Of a DNA stretch of 64,000 nucleotides, positions 41,677 through 55,528 are shown one piece after another. Below the pieces are notes generated by a model. It saw only the letters and a program-made list of their open reading frames with translations. It searched no databases and had not been told where the DNA came from. Made by a program: the position numbers and the translations under genes. The stretch comes from Octopus vulgaris (lineage: Eukaryota). The DNA lies in the NCBI GenBank assembly GCA_951406725.2, contig OX597834.1, forward strand, positions 11,470,001 to 11,534,000. Reading direction: 5' to 3'. Positions within the stretch are counted from its first letter, which is position 1. Each line of letters opens with the position of its first letter.

Positions 41677-42119
41677 CATGCATATAAATATACATATATA
41701 CCTACATATATACATGCATATAGATATACATAAACATATATACACATATATACCTGCATATAAATATACATATACACATACACACAGACACACACACACA
41801 TATATACATATATATACATGCATATAAATATACATATATACCTACACATATACATACATATATATATATATATATACATGCCTGTATGTTTATATATATT
41901 GACACGTATATCACATAATATTAATTAATAAAGACAGAAAAATAAGCAAATATTGCACACACGTATATGTATATATGTGAATATATACATACATACATTA
42001 TATAACATACATACATAATATATACATATATATCTCTATAAATACGCATACAGTATATACTTATATGCAAATATATAGGTATACATCCACACACATATAT
42101 ATATGTATATGTTTGTATA

Positions 42120-42493
42120 TACATATATGTTCATGCATATATATATGTATATAAACATATATGTATATAAACATATATGTTCATGTATATATATAAATTT
42201 ATATAAACATATACGTTCATGTATGTATATATATAAACGTATATGTTCATGTAGGTATGTATATATATAAACGTATATGTTCATGTAGGTATGTATATAT
42301 ATAAACGTATGTTCATGTAGGTATGTATATATTTATATAAACATAGATGTTCATGTGTATATATATATATATATATATTTATATAAACATATATGTTCAT
42401 GTATGTATATATATAAACGTATATGTTCATGTATGTATATATATAAACGTATATGTTCATGTATGTATATATATATAAACGTATATGTTCATG

Positions 42494-42500
<7 letters not shown>
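42120..42500. repeat. ~30-bp minisatellite AAACGTATATGTTCATGTATGTATATATAT
   Basis: About ten degenerate units. Confidence 0.85.
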
Positions 42501-42545
<45 letters not shown>

Positions 42546-42551
42546 TATAGC

Positions 42552-42788
42552 GTATAAAAAGATCGTGGGTAAGGCCAAAACAATGCGAAGTTTATGCAAT
42601 GTAAATCACAAGAAAAGTAATATGTGAATTACTGTAAACTTACCTTGTGTTCAATATTTCGTGAATTTCTTGAAAATGGGGTCATATCTCCGAAATATTG
42701 AATACAAGGTAAGTCTATATTGAGTCACATATTTGTTTTCTTGTGATTTACTTCGCATTGTTTTGGCCTTAGCCACGATCTTTTATAC
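42552..42788. repeat. Diverged inverted repeat (~100-110-bp arms, 29-nt loop)
   Basis: GTATAAAAAGATCGTGG..AATATTTCG pairs with CGAAATATT..CCACGATCTTTTATAC; one indel. Confidence 0.9.
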
Positions 42789-43339
42789 AATATATTCTAC
42801 ACAATGCTTAGCAGTAATTATTCCATTATATATATAGTCTCACATTCAGTCACAAATAAAGATAATAGGACATGGCCTGATGTTTGGGCAAATCAACAAA
42901 TCGCAAAGTAAGATATAGACCATCATGCTTACAAGGACGAAAAGGTTAAGCTGAGACATTATAAAGAAACAGGTAAATAGTGGAATGGTAACATATGGCC
43001 AGGTGTTGGAGGAAGAGTAGGAGGTGAAGGTACTATCTATCAATAAGATAATTAAATTGATAAAAAAAGACAGTCTTACCAATATCGTTGTCACCACCAT
43101 TGTTTTGTTCCCGAATGGAGGGGCAGGTTCTGTCTGTGGAATTGAAAAGTTTGTTCCTGTATTCAAGTTCCATACACCGACCTAGAAAAAAAGAGGACAT
43201 TCCTGTATTAGTTTTATGATGTCACACTTGATAACTTCGCGCTTAATTTCATTTAGTTATCACTAAAGCGGCGAGCTGGTAGAATCGTTAGCGCGCCGGG
43301 CGAAATGCTTAGCCGTATTTCGTCTGCCGCAACGTTTCT

Positions 43340-43460
43340 GTTAGCAAGTCTTTATATGTACTGAACTTGTCAAATTCTTTCGCCGCTATATTGTGATGAC
43401 AAAGAATACTCATGTCAATTAATAAACACACCTTTTTTGTCTGATCTTTTATAATAATAT
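43340..43460 (-). mobile_element. Fragment of REL (PD-D/ExK) endonuclease from an R4/Dong-type non-LTR element
   Basis: IIIKDQTKKVCLLIDMSILCHHNIAAKEFDKFSTYKDL resembles PDIII...LID.SIP...N...KE..K..KY.DL; adjacent to (TTA)n. Confidence 0.65.
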
Positions 43461-43479
43461 GTTTATTATTATTATTATT

Positions 43480-43885
43480 AAAGCGGCAAGCTGGCAGAAA
43501 CGTTAGCACGCCAAGCGAAATGCTTAGTGGTATTTCGTCTGCCGCAACGTTCTGAGTTCAAATTCCGCCGAGGTCGACTTTGCCTTTCATCCTTTCGGGA
43601 TCGATAAATTAAGTACCAGTTACGCACTAGGGTCGATATAATCGACTTAATCCGTTTGTCTGTCCTTGTTTGTCTTCTCTGTGTTTAGCCCCTTGTGGGT
43701 AGTAAATAAATAGGTATTTCGTCTACCTTTACGTTCTGAGTTCAAGTTCCACCGAGGTCGACTTAGCCTGTCATCCTTTTTGGAGTCGATAGTCGATTGC
43801 TTACTGCAATCGATCTAATCGACCCCCCTCCCCCCCCCAAAAAGAACAAAATTTCGGGCCTTGTCCCTAGAGTAGAAAAGAATAT
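43480..43885 (+). mobile_element. SINE family Z dimer (head + tail A + tail B)
   Basis: A box TGGCAGAAACG, B box GAGTTCAAATTCC; junction at ~43707. Confidence 0.85.
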
Positions 43886-44024
43886 ATTTCTTTCTACAGT
43901 CGACGGGTGGCCTGAGATTTTCTGGGTAGACGACAGTCGATTACACCAATCCCACGATTCAAGGGGTTCTTATCTTATCAACCCTGAAATAATTTAAGGC
44001 AAATTCAACCTCGGCGCTCTTTAA

Positions 44025-44193
44025 CCCCTTACCCGGCAGAAACGAATATATGCGTTTTGACCTAAATTGGTTTTTTTCTATCTCTGGCGAGTCAAAAGAT
44101 AGACTAGCCAAAATCGACAATTAAAAAATAAAACAATTAAAAAATATGTCTGAAAAAATACATTTATTTTCAAAATAATTGTTGGGTAAGGGG
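44025..44193. mobile_element. piggyBac-type MITE (169 bp) inserted in an old family Z SINE
   Basis: TTAA|CCCCTTACCC...GGGTAAGGGG|TTAA; the flanks rejoin as a SINE Z B-box region. Confidence 0.75.
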
Positions 44194-44949
44194 TTAAGCT
44201 CTGAAAGTAAAAACGCACGAAGTGCTCCTAAGCATTTTGACTGGTGTAATAACGTTTCTGCCAGATCGCCACTTTTCCCTTGTTTAATACAATCTCGACT
44301 CTTTCACATTATGCAAAGTATTTCTATGGATGCATCGTAATCTTGATTGTTATAGAAATAGCATTTATTCTATTTCGTTCTATTGTCTATTTTGACAATG
44401 TCACACTGATGTTTTATGGAGCTGATAATTACGTCGAGGTTACACTTATCAGTAGAATGTTCAACCACAAATGCGATAATGCTGGAGCAGTTTATTCAGC
44501 TGACAGACAACGACGGAGATCCACCACCACCACCACCACCATCATATATGCATCATCGTTCGTAATAGGATTCATTAGTTAAATCTTCTCTGTTTAATCA
44601 TCCGCAGTAACATGAACTCATCATATCACATTTGCAGTAATTAGTAGTGAGTTAATGAAATTCCGAAAGAATAATGTTTCGAAAAAAAAAAAAAAAAAAA
44701 AAAGAAAACATGAAGGAAATAAAAAATAAATCTCAACAACTAATAAAAAATCAACAGCAAAAATAAACTTACAAAGCTATTTCCTATAATAAAAACCGAC
44801 AACAACTAAATGTATAAATTATATTTAAAAAATTATCAACAACAGTTTTTATCAGTGATATACACTAACATATAGCAAGTATTTATACAGAGGGGTAAAA
44901 TGATAATAAAGACGACAGTTATTATTTTTGTTCGAGGATCTTCTTATAA

Positions 44950-46485
44950 TGGTTTCAACATATGGCACAAGGCTAACACATTCGGGGGAGGAGGTAAATT
45001 GTTTACAGCAACACCTAGCGCTAAACTGGTACTTAAATTATCGGCCCCAAAACGATGGAAGGTAAAGATGACCTGGGAGGTATTTGAACTCAGAAAGTTA
45101 AGCAGGACGAAATCCACCTCATAATAATGGTTTCAAATTTCGGCATAAAAGCAGCAATTTCTGAGGAGGGGTTAGTTGTTAATATCGACCCAGTAATCAA
45201 ATGGTATTTATTTTATCGACCGTGAAAGGATTGACGGTAAAGTTAACCACAACAGAATTTGAATTCAGAACGTAAAGAACCGTATTAAAGCCCAACACGC
45301 TTACGATACTTATTTCTTTATTGCCCACAAGCGACTAAACATAGATGAGACAAACAAGGACAGACAAACGGATTGAGTCGATTACATCGACCCCAGTGCG
45401 TGACTGGTACATAACTTATCGGCCCCGAAGGGATGACAGGCAAAGACGACCTCGGTGGAATTTCAAGTCAGAACATTAAAACAGAAGAAATACCTATTTA
45501 TTTACTACTCACAAGGGTCTAAACACAGAGAGGATAAACAAGGACAGACAAATGGATTAAGTCGATTATATCAACTCCAGTGCGTAACTGGTACTTATTT
45601 AATCGACCCAGAAAAGATGAAAGACAAAGTCCTCCTCGGCGGAATTTGAACTCAGAACACAGCGGCGGATGAAATAACTATTTCTTTACTACCCACAAGG
45701 GGCTAAACACAGAGAGGAGAAACAAGGACAGACAAACGGATTAAGTCGATTATATCAACTCCAGTGCGTAACTGGTACTTATTTAATCGACCCAGAAAGG
45801 ATGAAAGGCAAAGTCGACCTCGGCGGAATTTGAACTCAGAACGTAACGGCAGACGAAATACGGCTACGCATTTCACCCGGCGTGCTAACATTTCTGCCAG
45901 CACGCTACGATTCTGACAGACCACCCACATTTTACACCAACAACAAGAACAATAATAATTATAATAATCCTTTCTGCTGAAGGCACAAAGGTTGCAAATT
46001 TGTGTGAGGGGACTAGCCGATTATATCGGACCCAGTTTTATACTGATACTTATTTTGTCGACTGCGAAACGATTAAAGGCGAAGGTGACCTCGGCAGAAT
46101 TTGAACTCAGAACGTAAAGGCAGACGAAATACCTATTTCTTTACTACCTACAAGGAGCTACACACACAGAGGACAAACAAGGACAGACAAACGGATTAAG
46201 TCTATTACATCGACACCAGTACGTAACTCGTACTTAATTTATCGATCCTGAAAGGATGAAAGGCAAAGTCGACCTCGGCGGAATTTGAACTCAGAACGTA
46301 AAGACAGACGAAATACCTATTTTTTTACTACCCACAAGGGGCTAAACACAGAGAGGACAAAAAAGGACAGACAAAGGGATTAAGTCGATTACATCGACAC
46401 CAGTACGTAACTGGTACTTAATTTATTGACTCGAACAAAGTGTCGAAATGCATTTTGGCCAGCGTGCTAGCTATTCTGCCATCAC
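44950..46485 (-). mobile_element. Dense cluster of family Z SINEs including a trimer (45310-45905) and a multimer (45965-46485)
   Basis: About eight co-oriented cores; 184-bp period between junctions 45488/45671 and 46126/46310. Confidence 0.85.
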
Positions 46486-46606
46486 ACTTCTATAATGATG
46501 ATGATGATGATGACGTCGATGACGAAGACAATGGAGTCTTTTATTTGCTGCAGTTGTAACCTATTTCAATAAAAGAAAAACCTGCATTTCCATAGGAGTG
46601 AGAAAA

Positions 46607-46639
<33 letters not shown>

Positions 46640-48304
46640 TATACACGTATTGAAAAGAAAAAATAAGTAAAATATCAAAATAGCAAGACATAAATCATAT
46701 CTATAACATAAGAAAGGGAGAAGTCGACCCCGCCATTCCTAATATGCCCTTCAACACAAAGGCAAATGCCTTCTCTCTGCTATGAAATTACAAACGCAAT
46801 TTCAGAGTGGAAATCTCCTGTAATATACAGCTTGGCATTTTCACCAACATTTCAGCAAATTTATTGGGAGAAAGCAGGAAAAAAAAAAAAAAAAAAAGAA
46901 AATTAGTAAAAATGAGCCGTTTAGCTGGAAATTGATCCATCCATTCGTTCAGCAGTACAGCACTATGTCCAGGAAAAAAAAAACAAAAAACAGATAAATG
47001 GTCCTAGGTCACTGAAAATATGCCAGGAGTCATCGAGATTCATTGATTTGTGGTTTACCAACACTTGGCAGTTTACCAACTTTCAACGATACGATTCTTG
47101 ATTATATATTCAGATCTGTAGCCTCAACTAGAGCTAAGTCATGTCAGATTTAATTAAGATCACTTAGAACGCGCTTAATTTGTGGACATGGAAACAGACA
47201 TCTCTCTACTAGAGATTATCTAGTAGAAAGCACTTTTATGCATAATAGGAGGTCACATCCGTATTTATTTTAAGTATGTTCCCATTTTACCAAGCCATGC
47301 TTTCTTTCCTTCTATCATACATTATTATATTTTTCCTTCACTTTCTGATATATTTTTGTTGTTATTGTTGTTGTTTTGTGAAATGTCGTTCATCATAATC
47401 GTAGCTATACGCAATATATTAATGAGATTCTTTCATATGTTCTATATAAAGAACTGAATATGAACTTATCATGTCCCAAGTATTCCATAAAAAGTGCTGT
47501 CAGTCTTTCCGTTTAAGTATTTAACCTATCTTTACAAACTTTGACAGAATACGACCACTATTTGTTAGAATTTATACAAAAATGAATCGCAATGGCGCAA
47601 TAGAATTCTCCAAATGTTCAGCAATAACTTTTATTGCCATTCTTCTTCTTCCCTTCTTTAAATACGTTGTAAAGTTCCAGATTCAAATGAACATAGATAT
47701 TTATTCTCTAGATATAGAAAATGGATATAACCAAAGGTCAAATGGAACGGTCACCGGTAGTTTATTGAACTACAAAATCTTGGATTTATATTCATGGATG
47801 CAATTTTTCACTACTTAAATATAGGCTTTTTTGTTTTATAATGCATTTTTCCAGCGTCAGTTACAACGTATTCAATTACGAAGTCAAACTGCGGTTGTAA
47901 CAATGATAAAACACAGCCATAAACAACACGATATTGCAATAAAGCAAAACAGATATAGCATTCTTGGATGCCTACATTTACTTGATGTTATACAGAGTAT
48001 TGAGAATTCTGTATTTTAGTACATCCTGAAATCAATCATATGCAGAATAGATAAGACTCTAGATATATATTTTGTTATTTTCGTTTGTCCTAATTGTTAA
48101 GCTATTTCGTTTAAACCATATAAAGAACGATTCATTCATGGCACGAAGAAAGAAAAACAACGCTATTTCACATATCTCAGGCATATGAAAGTGACCCTGA
48201 ATGTGAGGTAAAAGAGTGAATAGTCGTATGGGAAATTAGAGAATGCTGTATGTATGTAGACACCCAGATATAATATATATTAATTTCGCTGTCACGTCGC
48301 TTAG

Positions 48305-48722
48305 ATATCCTTTTCTATTCTAGGCACAAGGCCCGAAATTTTGGGGGAGAGGGCCAGTCGGTTAGCTCGACCGCAGTACGCAGCTGGTACTCAATTTCTC
48401 GACCCCGAAAGGATGAAAGGCAAAGTCGACTTCGGCGGAATTTGAACGCAGAACGTAAAGACAGACGAAATACCTATTTCTTTACTACCCACAAGGGCTA
48501 AACACAGAGAGGACAAACAAGGACAGACAAACGGATTAAGTCGATTACATCGACCCCAGTACGTAACTGGTACTTAATTTATCGACCCCGAAATGATGAA
48601 AGGCAAAGTCGACCTCAGCGGAATTTGAACTCAGAACATAAAGACAGACGAAATACCTATTTTTTTACTACCCACAAGGAGCTAAACACAGAGAGGACAA
48701 ACAAGGACAGACAAACAGATAG
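48305..48722 (-). mobile_element. SINE family Z multimer, 5'-truncated
   Basis: Tail B at the 48305 end; junctions at 48467 and 48650. Confidence 0.85.
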
Positions 48723-48959
48723 CCAATAAACTTGTTTGATAATATATATTAGTTACAGAGGCAGTATTAATGTTGAGAGGAAATAAATATCGCCACTTAA
48801 ACATGGATGCTCTATTGAAACAAATCATACTGTGATAGAGAGTTTCTCTCATGAGTGGCAAATGATATATGGTTACGTTCATGTAAAAACGGAACCACGT
48901 TTACCATGTATGTCCTCAATGATATATTTTAGTCTATCATTTGATCCAGTTCAATACAT

Positions 48960-49125
48960 AGGCATAGGAGTGGGTATGTCGTAAGTAGCTTGCTTACCAA
49001 CCACATGGTCCCGGGTTCAGTCCAACCGCGTGGCACCTTGGGCAAGTGTTTTCTACTATAGCGTCGGGCCGACCAAAGCCTTGTGAGTGGATTTGGAAGA
49101 CGGAAACTGAAAAAAGCCCGTCGTG
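48960..49125 (+). mobile_element. SINE family Y 5' half
   Basis: Head and CORE-like part, ending at the internal microsatellite. Confidence 0.8.
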
Positions 49126-49967
49126 TATATGTATATATATATATATATATCATATGAAGAGTTTAGTTTAGGGATTATCTAAACCAATAGGTATGCTGCA
49201 TAAGTGCTATAATTGGTCATCTGTAAGGGTTCAATTTCACTGCTGAGTTTGGGACTAGATATCTATTGTAGGCTTCCTTTAATATGTGTGTGACGCGAAC
49301 GAGCCGGAATGCATTTGGCTATCAATAAGAAAATAACGGTATAAGTAGCTCAATGTCACATAACTTTCTCTGTTGAAAACGCTGCTGAACTTAGTACAAC
49401 AAGGTGACGCTTTTTCTGTGTTGATAAATCATTCACAAATTTTATCCTGCTTCCTCCCCCAACAACGTTCAGTTCCTGCATTATCATATAACTACATGTA
49501 AGCAAACTAGTGGGTTGTTGAAATTAATTTTTAGCCCCAGGTCAGTCGTGATCGAGTTGACCTATGACCAAATGTCTACTCAGGAGAAATCTATACAATT
49601 TATCTATTATAAAGAAAGGGATATGTGACTTGAGGAATATAGACTGCAACAATTTTTACAGGATCGATGACCCCGTATTAACTGCTCTGTTAGATCGAAT
49701 GTGAAAAATCACGTATCACTGAGCAAGTCAACACTGGACGCCAAACCGGGTATCTTTTAATCAAATGTTATACTTATATCCTAAATAATGCATTCGGTGC
49801 GTATCACTGAAGTATCCTCTACCTGTGTGGATTCCAACCAGGGTTCATATGGCCCTTGGCGATCCAAATAAGATTTCGTTGTTTTAATTTATCTGAAATA
49901 CACTGGTTATACTACTACACTATACAAAATATTTAAACTATTATATTCATAAAACTCCTAATATATC

Positions 49968-50370
49968 TTTTTTTTCTTTTACTTGTTTCAGTCATTTGAC
50001 TGTGGCCATGCTGGAGCACCGCCTTTAGTCGAGCAAATCGACCCCGGGACTTATTCTTTGTAAGGCCAGTACTTATTATATCGGTCTCTTTTGCCGAACC
50101 GCTAAGTGACGGGGACGTAAACTCACCAGCATCGGTTGTCAAGTGATGTTGGGGGGACAAACACAGACACACAAACATATACACACACATAAATATATAC
50201 ATATATACGACGGGCTTCTTTCAGTTTCCGTCTACCAAATCCACTCACAAGGCTTTGGTCGGCCCGAGGCTGTAGTAGAATACACTTGCCCAAGGTGCCA
50301 CGCAGTGGGACTGAACCCGGAACCATGTGGTTGGTAAGCAAGCTACTTACCACACAGCCACTCCTGCGCC
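49968..50370 (-). mobile_element. SINE family Y, full length
   Basis: Complete from the GGCGCAGGAGTGGCTGTGTGG head to the tail. Confidence 0.9.
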
Positions 50371-50528
50371 TATTGGTTGTTGTTTTTTTAACATTGAATC
50401 ACAAGAGTGTCCATCCGAGTAAAGTAAGGATCAAACGCAACCATAAATACAAATGGTTCAGAAACAATATTCTATAAAGTCATTCCAAATGCTACTGATA
50501 AACTAAAATCTTTAATATATATATATAT

Positions 50529-50820
50529 GGAGAAGTTCTTAAGCAGATCAGGCCGAAAATGTCGCTAGAGGCTAGGATCACCAAGCATAGATTGGCATAT
50601 TTTGGTCATATTATGCGGAGAAAATCCCTGGAGAAGGACATCATGCTCGGAATGGTCAGGGGCAAGAGAGGAAGAGGCCGACTAAGAACCCGCTGGCTTG
50701 ACACCATCAAGAGTGATATTGGAATGGACATAGCCAATCTGAAGGAAGCGGCCCAGGATAGAACAGACTGGAGGACACTGATGCAACGAGTGACCGAGAG
50801 TCGACTTCGACTGAGCGGAG
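50529..50820 (+). mobile_element. RTE (BovB-like) LINE 3' end
   Basis: SLEARITKHRLAYFGHIMRRKSLEKDIMLGMVRGKRGRGRLRTRWLDTIK..AQDRTDWR..VTESRLRL parallels the BovB C-terminus (YFGHLMRR..SLEKTLMLGKIEGRRRRGRQRMRWLD). Confidence 0.9.
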
Positions 50821-50831
50821 ATATATATATT

Positions 50832-51092
50832 ATACAGGGTACATTCAAACACATAGGGAATACACTCATGGGATTCAACACGCTGGAAAGAACAGCTAGG
50901 TTCTATAACCATAAAATTAAGGATAAAATTCGACAGGAACGAAATGAAAAAATAGACATTTTACCATTTTTACTTTTCATTTCGTTCCTGTCTAATTTTA
51001 TCCCTAATTTTGTGGTTATAGAACCTAGCTGTTCTTTCTAGCGTGTTGAATCCCACGAGTGGATTCCTTATATGTTTAAATGTATACTGTAT
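50832..51092. repeat. Long inverted repeat (~119-bp arms, ~23-nt loop)
   Basis: 50832-50950 pairs with 50974-51092. Confidence 0.95.
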
Positions 51093-51189
51093 TATATGAC
51101 TAATACATAGTCTTTGGACTAAATTTGTACACGTTAGGCCACTGGAAATGAAAATTTTAATTAATTTCCATTTCCCTTTGATAAGATAT

Positions 51190-51223
<34 letters not shown>

Positions 51224-51849
51224 AAGAGCTCTTGGGCTTCTTTTTGTTTCCGTACACCAAATCTAGAAACAAGGCTTTGGTCGGCTCCCGGATGACACGT
51301 ACCCAACCTGTTTCATATTGTGGCTCTCTCGCTTAGAAACTAAAGACAATATGAAAACTTTCGTTTAGATATATCCTCTGTATTATTACACCAAATATAT
51401 ATTAAGTATCCTATACAATATATCTCTCTATACAATTCTTTAAAATATAAACAAAGCTTCACACAATATCTCGTAGCATCAGTGGCCAACGCAGCGTGCA
51501 AATCGTAACGTAATATGTCTATATAAAAGTATATAAAACACATACAATCTATACAGAACATCTCTTGATGGCTTGTTAAATTATGCGCTTGTAAGTGATT
51601 CAAATATTATAGATATCGAGTTTACTTTATGGCTGAAGTTTCCTACTCATCGTTTCCCGATATTCGGATTTTGAATATTGCAACATTAATAAAAAACCGC
51701 TATTATCCAGAAAGATCGATGTTTGCGCAACCCAGTACAGCAGAACATACTAAATTGTTTTTCATTTCCCTCTCAATCATTTATTTTTACCGGCTCCTCA
51801 CTTCATCAACATAACTTTATGTGTTTCCCGATTACCAAGACTTTATCTC

Positions 51850-52395
51850 TTTACATAAGTATATATACATACATACATATATACATACATACATGCATAC
51901 ATACATTCATATATACATACATATATATATATATACATACATATATACATACATACATATATACATACATACATATATATACATACATACATATATACAT
52001 ATATATATTTAAAAATACATACATATATATATAAAAATACATACATATATATATATAAAAATACATACATATATATATATATATATATAAAAATACATAC
52101 ATACATATATATATATATAAAAATACATACATACATATATATATAAAAATACATACATACATATATATATAAAAATACATACATACATATATATATATAA
52201 AAATACATACATATATATATATATATATAAAAATACATACATATATATATATAAAAATACATATATATATATAAAATACATATATATATATATAAATACA
52301 TACATATATATATATTAAATACATACATATATATATTAAATACATACATACATATATATATCTATATATATATATATATATATATTTATACACCT
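51850..52395. repeat. (CATA)n/(TA)n and AAAATACATAC-based compound satellite
   Basis: Direct inspection. Confidence 0.9.
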
Positions 52396-52730
52396 GTATA
52401 CACAGTCACGCATGTATGTATATGTATACATAGTTAATGTGAATATATATATATGTGTCATAAAAAAAGATGCTAGATCCAGCGCACAGGCTATCACGAA
52501 TAGATTCAATATTATTTAATAGACTAATGCTGCTATGTAATCAAATTATAAGCTAGTAGATATTTTAGTTTCTTCCTGGAAGATAAATCACGTGTATATG
52601 TATGTATTCATATAGCTACGTACGGATTACGCGTGCATTACTTTGATAAAGAAGAACGTACTGGAATAGACAGACGTTCACGTACACGCCACACACCGTA
52701 CATACACCTCCTCACACACACACACACATA

Positions 52731-52770
<40 letters not shown>

Positions 52771-53497
52771 TACAGATCTATTTTTATAGATGTATACATA
52801 GAATCATACAGAGCCGCATGCATATACGCAAGTACAATCGTACAGTCGTCTGTGAATACACACTGAAAAAGAAAAATATTTACGAATTTTTATAGAATTT
52901 ATATCTGTACTTGGCTAGTTGGAAATTTACATAGCCATTACACGGAGATTCCTGCGGAGAAGCGTATATATGCAACTCAATTAGATGTCCGCTATATTTG
53001 AAGCCTTAGCGATGTTCTGGTTGAAATGTGGATCACTATTAGTGCTTGCCAAATCTCGATTTCAGATACTGAATCATCTCATGTAACGAAAATTGCTGTT
53101 ATACGGCACAGTGAAACGTTGAGCAAGTATCATATACAAGTGTAGAAACTTCAAGTCGCTTACATTTCCTTCGTAATTTTCTTAAATCCTCGATCTTCTG
53201 TAACGTTAATTTCCCTGTCAGTTGTACGTAAATATGCATGCTAAATGGTTACTATGGCGATAATTAGATATCATCTTGGACTCCATCATTAATGTTACTA
53301 TGAGCTGTTTCTCGATATGGATTTTCTCAGAAATGCAGAGTATACACACGAATAAAAAGGAACGTTCAATAAGATGACAAGGAATAATGGGTCAGTCGTG
53401 TCTCTAATCGCAATGTTTCGAAATAAATTGGAACACGTAGGAGGAGTTTACTCTAAGCTTACAGTTAATGGAATATAGATGTATATTATATCATACT

Positions 53498-53797
53498 GTT
53501 TATTGAGCGAAAACACCTAAAAGCTCCACGAGGCTCCGGCAGGGGTTGGTGGTGATCCCTGCTGTACTCTTTCACCAAAACTTTCTCTCACTCTTACTTC
53601 CTGTTTCTGTTGTACCTGTATTTCAAAGGGCAGGCCTTGTCACTCTCTGTGTCACGCTGAATATCCCCGAGAACTACGTTAAGGGTGCACGTGTCTGTGG
53701 AGTGCTCAGCCACTTACACGTTAATTTCACGAGCAGGCTGTTCCGTTGATTCGGATCAACCGGAACCCTCATCGTCGTAGCCGACGGAGTGCTTCCC
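53498..53797 (+). mobile_element. SINE family X, tail type a, 5'-truncated
   Basis: TSD ATATCATACT at 53488-53497 and 53798-53807. Confidence 0.9.
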
Positions 53798-53818
53798 ATA
53801 TCATACTCTTCTATACAC

Positions 53819-54040
53819 GTATGGGATGCGTTCAAAACGTATCCGACTTTATTTTGTCTAGAGAAAAACTAATGCCATGTGAGCAAAATTCGTAAGGGAA
53901 AGCTGACATCAAGCTTCTTCCACCTGCGTGAAACTTTCGCGCCGATAGGCCGCATCAGTTCCCAATCAAAATACAGACGTTGTGCGCGCTCGTTGGGTTT
54001 TGGTTTTCAGGCAAGCTGAACGAACGCATCGAGCAGAGGC
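53819..54040 (+). mobile_element. Mariner-like DNA transposon 5' remnant
   Basis: TIR-like TATGGGATGCGTTCAAAACGTATCCGACTTTATTTT and a transposase-start-like ERIEQR. Confidence 0.5.
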
Positions 54041-54081
54041 CATACATACGTATATATACATGCACACGCACACGCACACAC

Positions 54082-54114
<33 letters not shown>

Positions 54115-54315
54115 TGTGTGTGTGTATATGTTTGTGTGTCTGTGTTTGTCCCTCTAGCATTGTTTGACAACCGATGCTGGTGTGTTTACGTCCCCGTCAC
54201 CTAGCGGTTCGGCAAAAGACACCGATAGAATAAATACTGGGCTTATAAAGAATAAGTCCCGGGGTCGATTTGCTCGATGACTGAAACAAGTAAAAGAGTA
54301 AAGAGAGTAAAGAGT
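54115..54315 (+). mobile_element. SINE family Y 3' half
   Basis: Matches the family tail. Confidence 0.8.
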
Positions 54316-54341
54316 ATACACATATATACATATACATATAT

Positions 54342-54865
54342 GGTGGCCGCCCCCTCTTTATCGAGTATGGCCATTGCACGAAGCTTAATCAATGTTGTTA
54401 TCGTGCAATGCCTGTGCAAGAAGATTTTTTTTTAAAGTGAGGAAAGGCTGTCAATCCCACTCACTAAGCAACAGCAGCCATAATCGGAAAAGAACAAATC
54501 AACATTATCGGTAACCACTGAGCCGCAGGTTTTATGTCGGAGTTATCCCAGTTACCTGAGTTACTTTCTCCTAGAAGGATGCCCTAACAAATGCTAGGTG
54601 TCCTTAACTCCCAATGGTTTAACCGCGCGATCGGGTATTCAGTCCGATTATTTCTATGTCCCCGTGCATGATACAGCCTTAAGACAGTTATTGGATGGCC
54701 GTTGACTCTCAAGAGTTCCTCCGCCCTTTCACGGGTTGTGTTTTTCATTCCGTAGGGTGTCCAATAAACACCCTCCTCACCAAGCAAGCTTGGTGCGGCT
54801 GCCGGTTTAGTCACCGACGAACCGACCATGCAAGAGGTTGTACTGGGTTACATGTTACCAGTAGT
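54342..54865 (-). mobile_element. Probable non-autonomous RTE-derived (bipartite) element between (CATA)n tracts
   Basis: GC-rich island; minus-strand GGGCATCCTTCTAGGAGAAAGTAACTC..AAAACC resembles RTE 5'UTR motifs; no ORF. Confidence 0.45.
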
Positions 54866-55040
54866 CCAGCATACATACATACATACAAATACATACATAT
54901 ATATATACATATACACACATATACATACATACATATACATACATATATACATACATACATACAAATACATATACATACATACATACATACATATACATGC
55001 ATACATACATATATATACATGCATACATATATATACATGC

Positions 55041-55071
<31 letters not shown>

Positions 55072-55121
55072 CATATACATACATATATATTTTTTTATAT
55101 ATATATATATGTATACACACA

Positions 55122-55257
55122 CCACGGGCTTCTTTCAGTTTCCGTCTACTAAATCCACTCGGCCCGAGGCTATCGCAGAAGACCAAGGTGCCACCCAGTG
55201 GGACTGAACCCGGAACCATTGTAGTTGGTAAGCAAACTACCTACCACAGAGCTACTC

Positions 55258-55260
<3 letters not shown>
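55122..55260 (-). mobile_element. SINE family Y 5' half with deletions
   Basis: Matches the family head. Confidence 0.75.
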
Positions 55261-55310
<50 letters not shown>

Positions 55311-55528
55311 AATAATGAGGGAGATAAATTAATATTAATTTTAATATCAATTTAAAACCAGTAGTCCAGCATACAAAAAATCTGAGAAGTCAGAGAAAAT
55401 TCTAATATATGTGTATATTGGCAAGACATTTGAAATTTTATCCCTAATGTAATCGGTAAAACTAAGCACGTGTCTGTCTTGGCACAGAAAGCTGGGGTTA
55501 TTTTATCAGATTGCATTTACACTGAACG

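Noticed and set aside
42573-42591. GGCCAAAACAATGCGAAG similar to SINE tail c at ~24094
   Set aside because: Similarity does not extend beyond ~18 nt; treated as chance.
50559-51041. 160-aa ORF as a single protein
   Set aside because: Only the first ~87 aa are RTE; the rest is read-through into an inverted repeat.
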